NCBI GenBank assembly: GCA_965287045.1
Contig: OZ336874.1
Location: 17,608,001-17,672,000, forward strand
Direction: 5' to 3'
Length of the DNA stretch: 64,000 nt
Source: Carcharhinus amblyrhynchos
Taxonomy: Eukaryota
The translations under genes and the position numbers were made by a program. Every line of letters begins with the position of its first letter. Position 1 is the stretch's first letter. Of the stretch, positions 1-10,430 are shown one piece after another. The notes beneath the pieces were generated by a model. That model had not been told where the DNA came from, did not search any database, and was given only the letters and a program-made list of their open reading frames with translations.

Positions 1-620
1 TGATGTCCAGTACTCCTTTTTGCATCTGTGCACTAAGTTTTAGAGATTAATGTGCAGAGACACCCAAATCTCTTTGCTGATCTATAGCTCCTATCCTCAT
101 TCATCTCATCAAGAACATGTTCAATTTGTGTTTCTCAGAAGCAAAGTAAATGGACACCACTCAACTTCATCTGCCATAGTTTTCCCCACTTAGTCAGCTC
201 ATGTTCCCAGTAACTTCTTGCTCCCATTCATGCAACATATTGTGCTTCCTAAACTACAGGTCATCTGCAACCCATGTATACATCACAATTCCTTCATTCA
301 GAAATAATTTTTCATTTGCAGATATGATATGCCAGGTGAAAAGTTCAGGAGCCTATTAAACGTTCCAGGAGAACTCCACTCAACTAGTCTCACAAAATCA
401 GAGAACAAACATATATCCCCATTCTGTCTCCCGCCTTTCAACCAATTACAAATTGAGTCGCAATGTTAACTCGAAGATTGTTCACTGCTAGCAGCAATCT
501 TGTTCAAAATCTGATCAAGTGTCTTTACAAAGCTCAGATAGGCAAGAACCATGGGCATTCCCATTTCTACCATGCCAAAAACATCAAAGTATTCGCCTGG
601 ATAGTCAGTCATGAAGGGGC
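1..620 (-). mobile_element. Old, decayed CR1-type LINE fragment (RT region)
   Basis: gtcatctgcaa (260-270) reads TTGCAGATGAC (xADD) on minus; flanks resemble the minus-strand CR1 text at 47400-47800; no intact ORF. Confidence 0.55.
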
Positions 621-1119
621 AATCTTACAAAAAAAAATTCTCAGTCCAGGATGAGCAGGAAAACAGAAGAGTTTATCACTGGTTTTTGGGCAAGTTCAAA
701 TCCTGAATTTTATGCACTTAAGTGCATGAAAAAATGGGATAAACCATTCCTCACCTATAGGGGAAGGGGGTGAGCTTTAAACCATATGTGGCAGCAGAAG
801 AAGCTATTGCACATGTGCAGACCTCTGTAACTGCACATGTGCAATTGCAACAGCAGTGTCCTGACAGGTCTGAGGGAAACCTGTCAGGCTTCTGCTGCTT
901 CAGCCAGCCTTGACCCAGCCCACCGCCAACCCCCCACCCCCCAGGAGCTATTGCTGGGGCCTGTGGCTGTTTGCAAGCTCCGCACCACTCAGGAATATCA
1001 CCCCCACTCCTCCCTCCCAGCCTGATCGTGCCCCCTTCCCCCCACCAACCATCTGCTGAGTGGGGGGAGTGCCCCACTCCCCCCTTCCCAATTGGGCTGC
1101 CAGAGCTGGCCCTGCTCCT

Positions 1120-1400
1120 TCAGGCCCAAGTTCAATTCCAGCCATTGCACATCCTCCCAGTGTCTGTGTGGGTTTTTTTTCCAGTTGCTCTGGTTTCCTC
1201 CCCAGGCGAACGAACAGCAAGTTAGGTGACCTGGCCATGCTAAATTGTCCCTTAGTGTCCTACGATCTGCAGATAGGGGAATTAGCGGGATAAGTATTTG
1301 TTGTTAAGGGGAGCAGACCTAAGAGGGATATTCTGCCAGAGAGACAGTGCAGATTCAATGGGCTGAATGGCCTCCTGATACACAGCAGGGATTCTATGAT
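1120..1400 (+). mobile_element. HE1-type tRNA-derived SINE, 5' degenerate
   Basis: Core ttgcacatcctcccagtgtctgtgtgggttt...ggccatgctaaattgtcccttagtgtcc and CR1-like tail gggctgaatggcctcct...gggattctatgattc shared with other copies in the window. Confidence 0.8.
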
Positions 1401-1735
1401 TCCTCCAATTTCCAAATGGAATCAAAGTACTTCAAAGTCTACTATTTCCATTTTATCCATTAAAGTACACATCTCATCAATGGCACCCCCATTCCACTTC
1501 TTTTCTGATTATATTTTTAAAAAACTTCTGGCGTTAGCTGCAACTTCTTTTAAATATTCTCTTTCTGTTCCTCCCATTACTTTCTTTCGTATCCTTTTGG
1601 TCATATTTATAGTTTTTCCAGTCCATTGGATTTCAACTTTGCATTTTTCTGTAAGCTTTTCCTTTTAACTTTCATACCATGTCTTACCTTATTTGCTGAC
1701 CACAAATTGCTCAACTATACAAATGGAACCTTTGA

Positions 1736-1931
1736 CAGGGACTTTCTGTGCTCCTCACTCCCACTTGTCTTGTCTTGCGGTGATGGAGGGGATCCGCTAC
1801 TGACCAATTCTACCACTGTCAATGGGACTTCCCATTATTCCCACCCTCTGCCACCAAGGAATCCGCGGTGAGGGAAGCTGTTGGTGGGACTGGGAGATCC
1901 CATAGGTGGGAAGGGCCAGAAAATCCCACCC
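1736..1931. mobile_element. MITE-like non-autonomous element
   Basis: Ends gaaaatcccaccc; interior (ccactgtcaa...tcccattatt...caccctct...ggtggga) matches the copy at 54503-54716. Confidence 0.55.
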
Positions 1932-2169
1932 TTTGTCTTATAGGGGAATGCACTAGTTTTCACTGATCATTCCAAACATTCCTTTGAATGTTATGTAATT
2001 TTTAGGGTTAGTTTGATACAGTAACTCCACTTACTGCAGGTAGCTCCTTTTGTTGATTGGAATACATTAGTTTAAACCTTGGCTTATGACTCTTTTCATC
2101 CTTTCAAACCAAATATCAAATTCAGTCATGGACAGTATTGGCAACATGACCTCTTACTGTCAAAATGTA

Positions 2170-3510
2170 TGGACAGAATTCTTCTCCCATTTGGGACAAA
2201 GTCTTGTGGCGGGGGGGGCAGAGATGAGAACATTTCCTGCTAATTAGGCAGATGAGACACACCACTCCTTATATTCCAGCCCCAATCTCATTTATTATGA
2301 ACTGGGGTGGGGAATTATCACCATATTCTGTGCTGCTGTAGGCTTTACTGCACACATCCCACCATCATATCTAGATGCCGTAGTGAAAAGGCGCCCACAT
2401 CACTGACTCATCATCACAACATAAATGAACCTTCCCCCTCACCCTGCGGCGATCTCAGGAACTTTCCCACCCCAACCCCCAACAACCCAACCTTAACATT
2501 CCCCCACCTCACCCCACCCCCTCCCGATTACAGTCAACACCTCTCCACCTGCCCCTGCCACCAAAAGTCAGTGCTGGCATTCCCTCTGTCACCCTGAACG
2601 TCAGACTCCTCCCTCCCCCCCTCACCCCAACCCTCCCAACAACACAGCCATTGCTGGCATGCCCAGCTCTCACGTCCGCTCCCAGCCAAGATCACATGCA
2701 CATTAATCCCTCCCTTACCATGAGGGTCCCACCCCAGCACTGTCCTTGGCACAGGTTAGCATTATCAGGCTGGCATGGGCTGTGCTAATGCTCCCTTGCA
2801 GTGCCAGGGAACATTGCCAAGTCACTGCCCGCTGATGCCCCTCTCCCCTAGGGGCAAGACTCACCTTTATGCCCAGGAGAGGGGGATTGTCCCAACAGGT
2901 TCATATCTGGGTGAATCTGTTGTAAAATGTGCTGACATTTGAATATGCAGCAGAGGTTTAATATATGGTGAAGAGTGGAGTAAATAATATGTATATATAT
3001 TACGTCCCTGGTAAGGGGTGGTGAAAATAGGGTGTAGCGATCCTGCTGACAAGAATTCAGGTGTTGGCTGCATCTTGAGCCCCTGCTCAATCTCGCAAAC
3101 AGTGTGCATTGGCTCAAGATCCCGCACAAATGAATCGGGCATGGGGCGATGTTGGGAGTTTCTGGTTGGTCCTTCATTTGCAATGAGCTGCCAGACGTAG
3201 CAGTAGAGGCGGGTACAATTTTGTCTTTTAAAGGGCATTTAGGCAGTTACATGGCTAAGATGGGTATTCGAGGGATTATGGGCCAAATGTAGGCAATTGG
3301 GACTAGCTTAGGGGTAAAACTGGATGGCATGGATAAATTGGGCCGAAGGGCCAGTTTCCATGCTGTAAACTTCTATGACTCTGCATCCCACTAGTGGATT
3401 CATGCCAGTTGGTGGGCTTAAGATCCACCATACACACTACCATCCCCATCCCCATCGCGCCCCGCGCCCCACCCCCCACCCCAGCCATTGAATCTGTCAC
3501 ACGAGACTGA
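2170..3510. mobile_element. Long MITE-like element with C-rich interior
   Basis: Starts ggacagaattcttctccc, similar to starts at 4378 and 635; C-rich low-complexity interior 2460-2640; right boundary uncertain. Confidence 0.35.
3222..3382 (+). mobile_element. CR1/HER1 LINE 3' end fragment
   Basis: gggattatgggccaaatg...ttgggccgaagggccagtttccatgctgtaaacttctatgactct: CR1 3' UTR stem-loop and short-repeat tail. Confidence 0.75.
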
Positions 3511-4395
3511 GAATCCCAGCCTTTGTTTCTCCTGCTTGCTTCTGTTGCATTACTCAACGAATGGCAGCAATGGAATTGTGTTGAAAATGAAATTGTCAGC
3601 CTGGTATTTCCATATCTGTTATAATTCAAATGCAGAGGCTTCAAGCAATTTTAACTTGCAAAACGCGCAACTGACACCTTGGAATATCTTTCTGCACAAC
3701 TGAAATTGTAGCTTTCCAAAAGGCAACAGATTCTACAGTCAAGGTGTCTCATTGATAAATGAAATCCTGGACTTCAAAGATTTGCCAAGATAAATGCATC
3801 AGCATTTTAATTATTGACTTAAAATTGCCGCAGTCTTCAAGCAAACACGATAAACCTCTTTGCATGGAGAGGGAGCAATGTTCCAGAAGCAAGTGGTACA
3901 ACTCGCGGTTTTGATATCATTGCACTGTTCGTTGACTTGCTGTACACCTTTTCATGAATACAGCGGCCCTTTAAAACAAAACTTAGAAAATATATTGACT
4001 ACATGCATTGCACGATTTCACTGCTACGTACTGTACTTGTGCTGTTGCCATCGCTGGATACTGTATGGAACAGCAATAAGCCAATTAAATGGCTGCAGGG
4101 CGGATTTGAAGGTGGATTCTCATTCGCCAGTCCAATCTGAGGATTCTCCAAGGCCAATGTTTCTCTTAAACATTGGCCTTGAGCTGGAAGGAGGTCACAG
4201 CCATTCATTAAAAGGGCCACTTGGCATGGGAGCTGAATTGTTTAAGCTTATTAATTAGCAGGCTTCTGTTAGAACAACTTTGACATTAATATTAGTGCCA
4301 GATTCGGGGTGGGTGTGCCAGTAAAATTCTGGCATAAATTTTGATGATCTCTGCTACACTTCAGTTTCACAACATTAGTTGGAATTCTCCCATCC

Positions 4396-4494
4396 AGGAT
4401 GAAGTCCCGCATTGGGGGCAGGAACGAGGAGTGTTTTCTGCTTCAGAGGCTGAAAACACTCCTCGTTCCTGCCCCCAATGCGGGACTTCATCCT
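4396..4494. repeat. Perfect 43-bp inverted repeat with 13-nt loop
   Basis: 4396-4438 is the exact reverse complement of 4452-4494; cttcagaggctgaa is duplicated at 4441-4454 and 4493-4506. Confidence 0.95.
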
Positions 4495-4520
4495 TCAGAG
4501 GCTGAAGGAGAAAGCACACC

Positions 4521-5282
4521 ATGTGTTGCAACCTTGGTGTAATTAATTATGCATGCAGAGGTTTCATGCCATCTAGTGGGGCAGGCTTAATGGTCCACAA
4601 ACTGCCATCATATCTGGGTACCATATTCACAAAGTGTCCAACGACGGTGCAGAGGGACCTCGGGGTCCTTGTGCATGAGTCGCAAAAACCCAGCTTGCAG
4701 GTGCAGCAGGTGGTCAGGAAGGCGAATGGGATGCTGGCCTTCATAGCGAGGGGGATTGAATATAAAAGTAGGGAGGTCTTGCTGCAGCTGTATAGGGCAT
4801 TGGTGAGGCCGCAGCTGGAGTACTGTGTGCAGTTTTGGGCGCCGCACCTGCGCAAGGATATTTTGGCCCTGGAGGGAGTGCAGAGGAGGTTTACTAGGCT
4901 GATGCCGGAGTTGAGGGGATTGAGCTATGAGGAGAGGCTGAATAAACTAGGCTTGTACTCGTTAGAGTTTAGAAGAATGAGGGGAGATCTCATTGAGACG
5001 TATAAGATGATGAATGGGATGGATAGGATAGAGGTGGAGAGACTCTTCCCGCTCAAAAAAGACAGTAGGACTAGGGGGCACAGCCTCAAGATAAAGGGGA
5101 GGCGGTTTAGAACGGAGTTGAGGAGGAACTTCTTCACTCAAAGGGTGGTGAATCTCTGGAATTCTCTGCCCGTTGAAGTGGTGGAGGCTGCCTCGCTAAA
5201 TATTTTTAAGAAGCAGGTTGATGGGTTCTTGATAAGAGAGGGGATTAAGGGTTATGGGGAGAGGGCGGGAAAGTGGAACTGA
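4521..5282 (+). pseudogene. CR1 ORF2 C-terminal fragment lacking the RT catalytic core, in frame with ~40 codons of flanking DNA
   Basis: ORF track 253 aa; CR1 similarity begins at TTVQRDLGV (~4641); no Y/FADD motif. Confidence 0.9.
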
Positions 5283-5391
5283 GCCACGACAGATCAGCCA
5301 TGATCTTATTGAATGGCGGGGCAGGCTCGAAGGGCTAGATGGCCTACTCCTGCTCCTATTTCTTATGTTCTTATGTTCTTATGTTCTTATG
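4641..5391 (+). mobile_element. Young 5'-truncated CR1 LINE with 3' UTR and (TTCTTATG)4 tail
   Basis: Open frame QRDLGVLV...YRALVRPQLEYCVQFWAP...RRMRGDLIETYK...RRNFFTQRVVNLWNSLP; many intact CpGs; 8-mer tail 5360-5391. Confidence 0.97.
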
Positions 5392-7773
5392 TTACTGACC
5401 CACTGTTGAAGACATCAGGTGGACCTCCTGAAGAAAGAAGATGGACCTCAAGGAACACCCTAAGATTGGAAAATGGACCTTCTCGAAGATACTGAAGTTG
5501 GAAGATCCACTTGATAAAGCATCCCCTGCAGTGCTCCAGCGTCCAACATCACTGGTGGCCAACATCTTGAATTTCAGAGGCAGCTCCAGGCACTCTTCTG
5601 GCAAGTCCCGACTTTTGCACGCATGTTGGTATGTTTTGGGTTGGGGTGCTTTCCCTTTGGCATCATGGCTCAAAGGGAGGTTCCCGTTCAGCTTTTATCT
5701 GCATCCAATTAGCGGGATGCAAATTGGTTTCAAGTTGGCCTCCAGTGAGGGGGGCAACACTGGAAGATGCCGCTGTAACCTCACACCAGCATGGAATAGA
5801 TTTTTCGGCCTCCTACCAAATTAACCCCCTGCCCCAACCCCATCATTGATCTCACCAGCCAAGACATGGGGGAATTTCACCCTTTGTGTTAAGTAATGCA
5901 AACACAAAGACTGCTGACACCATCTCTCAACAATTCTCAGAAGACAACCACAAATACTTGCGCTTTCAAAGTAGACTCTTGAATAAGGGTTTGAGAGGAA
6001 AACCAAAGATTTCCATTATTATTTTTATTCTTTTATAAGCAATATTACGCTCAGTGCTTACAAGGCCGTCCGAAGGAGGTAATGCCAACAGTGCTTAAAT
6101 CAATTTTCTCTCCCTTGTCCCCACCATTCTCCCTGCAAAAAACAGTTGGAACCATCTTGAAATATTTTGATATTCCTTCATTCAATTGAACTGGGAATGG
6201 AAAATAATGCTCAAAAATGTGACTGCAAAACTCACCCAAACCAATTTAAAGTTGCATTTTTAACAGGCAATGAATGATTTATTCAAAGCCCCAAAGTAAA
6301 TGTGTAATTCCCAAATGAGGAGTTCTCTCTCTTCATCCTCCCCCCTTGTGTGTAAGTTACCAGAACAAGGTTGAACTGACATCAAGAACAGCTTGCAAAA
6401 ATCCAGTCTATTAATAGTTTCGTTATTTTGTTAATTTACGAAAATCATTTTGACCAAATTCAAACTCTCTTTGGAAGACTGTAACAGCAAAAAAAAATTG
6501 AGATTTTGTTTTTTTTTAGAAAGTGGTATTTCTTTTATGGATAAGAGTTTATAATGACAGAATTTCAGTATTATCTCTGGCAATTTCAACCACTGATGTT
6601 GTGACACAACAGGGCCAATTAAAATGTTTTTGTTTTGTCATTAACTGAGGTTTTGCACCATTTACTGCGGCAAACAATAATTTGCATAGGCTTATTATTT
6701 AACATTTTGGTTTTCTGCTGACACTGTTGTTGTAAAAAAAAACTTTGCACATGGTGTTTGCACTGCATCAGTAGTAAATGCTAAATTGCATTCTTTAATA
6801 CAGGTGTCATCTCAGCCCCAGTCTAAAGCAGGACATGCAAAATTCATTCAGTAAAACCCATGTTTTGTGGTGACATTTGTTGAATCCCCCTCTAAGTCTT
6901 TATTTCTCATTTACCAAAATCGTGCCATTTTTAAAAATACAGCTGTGGCTTTGTGGGGCAAGACACTTAACCAAGAACTGAGGGAGGCAGCAATTCTCAC
7001 AAATGATCATTCAACGTATTACTGAAGTAATTACATTTCTCTCTTACGCTGTTACCAAAGCTCAACTGGTATTATGCTCCTTTCAGACCCCCAAAAACAG
7101 ACTTTTTTTTTGTGCTTGTCATGACAGTCGGGTCTCCAGGCTTCCCAAAAGAAAACATATACATCAAGGTCATCAGTCAGATCAGAGTGAAAAGATATTA
7201 TCAACACTTGTCAAAGAAGATAAAGCAGAATGTCAGCAGACATTCCTGGGACTATTGGTTGCAATCAGGTGTGCAGTGAGTGCTGTAGAAGTAATGCTGT
7301 ACGAACTTGACTTACGTGTGCAGCACACTCCAGGTGCAAGCCAGTATGAGTTTGCGAACCTGTAATTTTGGCATTCAGCACGGGCGTTTTGTGGTCAGGT
7401 AATTAGGGAAAATGATTCAATTTATCAGTCTCCATCATGCAGGCTGTGAACAATACTAATTTGCTGCACTATACTTTCTCTGGAGAGATGGGATAAAACT
7501 TAAACGATGCAATGTTTTTCAGAATATCAAGCAGAAACCGAATTTCATGAATAACATTCACAAGCTTTCAAGCCTTTGTCACCCTTCACACAATGTAACA
7601 CAAATGACAGTCGATAAAATGTTATTTTTTTTTAAATCCTGCTGGACAATTTCTATAGTCAGTGCTATGTGTATGTGGGAAGGAATTTCAGTCAACTCTT
7701 CATCTGCATCACATTAACAAGATGCAAAATGGTTTCACACCAGCCTCTGATGGGAATGGCAACCCATCATGAT

Positions 7774-8138
7774 GGGGAGTCAGTGGCCCAGTGGTATTAT
7801 CGCTAGAGTATTAATCCAGAGACTCAGCTAATGTTCTGGGGACCCAGGTTCAAATCCCGCCATGCCAGATGGCAGAATTTGAATTCAGTAAAAAAAACAC
7901 ATCTGGAATTAAGAATCTACTGATGACCATGACACCATTGTCGATTGTTGAGAAAACCCATCTGGTTCACTAATATCCTGTAGGGAAGGCAATCTGCCGT
8001 CTTTACTTGGTCTGGTCTATATGTGACTTCAGATTCACAGCAATATGATTGACTCTCAACTGCCCTCAAAGGGCAGCTAGGGATGGGCATTAAATGCTGG
8101 CCAGTGACGCCCATGTCCCACAGATGAGTAAAAAAAAA
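7774..8138 (+). mobile_element. tRNA-derived SINE, non-HE1 family, with A-tail
   Basis: A-box-like agtggcccagtgg, B-box-like ggttcaaatccc; tail gggcagctagggatgggcattaaatgctggccagtgacgccc matches the LINE 3' end at 52976-53030. Confidence 0.85.
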
Positions 8139-9080
8139 GATGGATGGGAGCATATGCTCACCTTTCATTTATCACAACTGGGAACTGACTTTTCGTTTCC
8201 TTCCCGTCTCATTTCCCATTCGCACCAAGGGGACTCTGGAAAAATGCCTCCCTTAACATTGTACCTTTTTATCTTTAAAAAACTGTTAACATTTCAGGCT
8301 CTCATTACACCTCCATTCATGTGAATATACCAAATTGAGTTCAATATTAACCTTGATGAAAATCCTTTATTTTTTCCCAAAATCAAAGTGTCTTCTGCAT
8401 TTCTTGACTTGCCTGACTCTTTTATTCTTGCACGCCTGAGTCATTTTCAAATGTTCCTTTTATTCATGTCTGCTTGCAATTTGTTTTCGAGATGTCAGGG
8501 AGGTAGGGGGAGGGAGTTGTATGGTGCGATTAATTTATAAGTGTCTGCAGTCCTCCAGCACCTTGCCCTTATCTGGCAACACACAGCACGTCCCAGCCAG
8601 GTATTTGCCTGTGAGAGATGTGACAGGCGAGTCCAATCCTGTCTCTCTCGAACACCCACATTTCCACACAGGATGAGGGAAGCGTGTCTGTTTTTTTTTC
8701 CCCCTTTGCAAAGTGCTGGAATGCTGGCATCACACTTGTGCTTTTTCCAATGTTTTAATTACCTTCTTTTTCTTTCTGTTTATCTAGCAAACGTGGAAAA
8801 GTAGCAGAGATAGATGGGGGCGAAACAAATATGAAAAATGAGAAAACACTGCCCGACCTAAAGACTGTGAGGAATTTTTTTGGTGGGGGGGGTGGTGGTT
8901 GGTGTGGAAGAACATGGAGGGGTGAGAATTTCCCCATGGCTTTACCACCATAGCTTTGATGTAAATCTAGGTTTTCACTAAACTTACAAAAGCAGAGCAA
9001 AAGAAGCCTCAGAACAATTCACCTACCTCCCCAACCCCATGAAAAGAGAGCTAATGACAAAACAGAGGGAAAATATTACC

Positions 9081-9223
9081 AATGCTGGAATCTGAAACAA
9101 AAACTGAAAATGCTGGAAAATCTCAGCTCTGACAAAGTCATCCAGGCTTGAAACATTGGCTCTATTCTCTCTCCACAGACACTGTCAGAGCTGCTGAGAT
9201 TTTCCAGCATTTTCTGTTTTTGT
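9081..9223. mobile_element. Penelope-like inverted terminal fragment (family B) with decayed hammerhead-like core
   Basis: 31-bp arms 9097-9127 / 9193-9223 with one mismatch; interior ctgacaa...gaaacattg; same family as 30115-30211. Confidence 0.7.
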
Positions 9224-9421
9224 GTATTGGCAAAGTAGGGATGTTGAGAAAATACAGAGAGAAGAGGAAACTGAGGCAAACAAAGACAAAAAAAGCAGAG
9301 TGCATTTTGAGTTTCCAGGATGTCATAAAGTGCCACACAGTCACTGAAATAACAGAAAATGCAGGACTCACATCACACTAATAGTAGAGCTTGAGGCCAC
9401 AGCTTTCTACTTCATCAAGGT

Positions 9422-9745
9422 GGCAGCACGGTGGCGCAGACAAGGCTGCACTGTAACACAGTGGTTAGCACTGCTGCCTCACAGCACGAAGGACCTTGGT
9501 TCGATTCCCGATTTGGGTCACTGTGTGGAGTTTGCACGTTCTCCCCGTGTCTGCATGAATTTCTTCTGGAGGCTCTGGTTTCCTCCCAAAGTCCAAAAGA
9601 TGTGTTAATTCAGTGCATTGACCATGTTAAACTTTCCCTCAGTGTATCTGAACAGGCACCAGAGTGTGGAGGCTTAGGGAGTTTCACAGTAACTTCATTG
9701 CAGTGTTAATGTGAGCCAACTGGTGACATACATAAATAAATAAAA
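9422..9745 (+). mobile_element. HE1-head SINE with alternative tail (tail B)
   Basis: tRNA-like head ggcagcacggtggc...cagtggttagcactgctgcctcacagc...ggttcgattccc; tail tttcacagtaacttcattgcagtgttaatg...taaataaataaa. Confidence 0.85.
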
Positions 9746-10129
9746 TGAACAAGTTGACCACTCAACCAAGGCAAACAACTAACGTCCAAGTGCAAAGGCA
9801 GATTGGTAAGAACAAAGTTGAATGCCTACCTCTGAGTAGAAAGATGGAGAGAACATGACAGAAAGAGAGCAAGCAGCAAAGGAATGTGTTCTGAACATAA
9901 CATGACCAATGCCATTCCCAATGCTGCATCGCTACAGTCTAGTTTCTTCAAAATCTGAAAATAGGAACGAGATTCTCCCAAAGGCTTTGATGTTAAATTC
10001 CCTGTTACCAATGTAGTAGAACCATCAAAACCAAGAACAATCACATGGACCAGTTGGGTTGAATGACCTATTGCGATGCTGTAAATAAGATTTGAAAAAT
10101 ACCGCAAGTTGAATTCACGAGTTTGTTGT

Positions 10130-10430
10130 GTTGGGCTACCTATCTCAGACAGGTGACATATTGATGCTGCAAATGGCCCCATCAGCTATGGGCTGGGGAA
10201 GGGGAAAAGAAATTAGCCAGAATTCTTGCTCGCGAACACTATCAAGTGACTGCCCTACCCACCACTGAAACCTGGGAAGTGTGTGTATTAGGCAAGTACA
10301 GCAACAGGATCCGATATATTATGCTTTTCAAAGCTTCACAGCTGACCCACTCTCGTCAGCCAGGCTTACATCTTAACAATGGCCAGTTCATCAGGGACCT
10401 GAGGGCTTTGGGACCTGCAGAACCGGAGCC
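10130..10430 (+). mobile_element. Ancient SINE-like repeat, LF-SINE-like by recollection
   Basis: gggaaggggaaaagaaattagccag...actatcaagtgac...aatggccagtt aligns by eye with 45255-45590 and 53910-54195. Confidence 0.45.

Larger units (their letters stand above)
4378..5882. mobile_element. MITE-like element interrupted by a young CR1
   Basis: Imperfect terminal inverted ends gttggaattctccc / ggggaatttcaccc; CR1 sits at 4641-5391. Confidence 0.4.

Noticed and set aside
7316-7359. Possible 44-nt minus-strand exon (donor GTAAGT)
   Set aside because: Poor polypyrimidine tract, length not a multiple of three, no recognisable peptide
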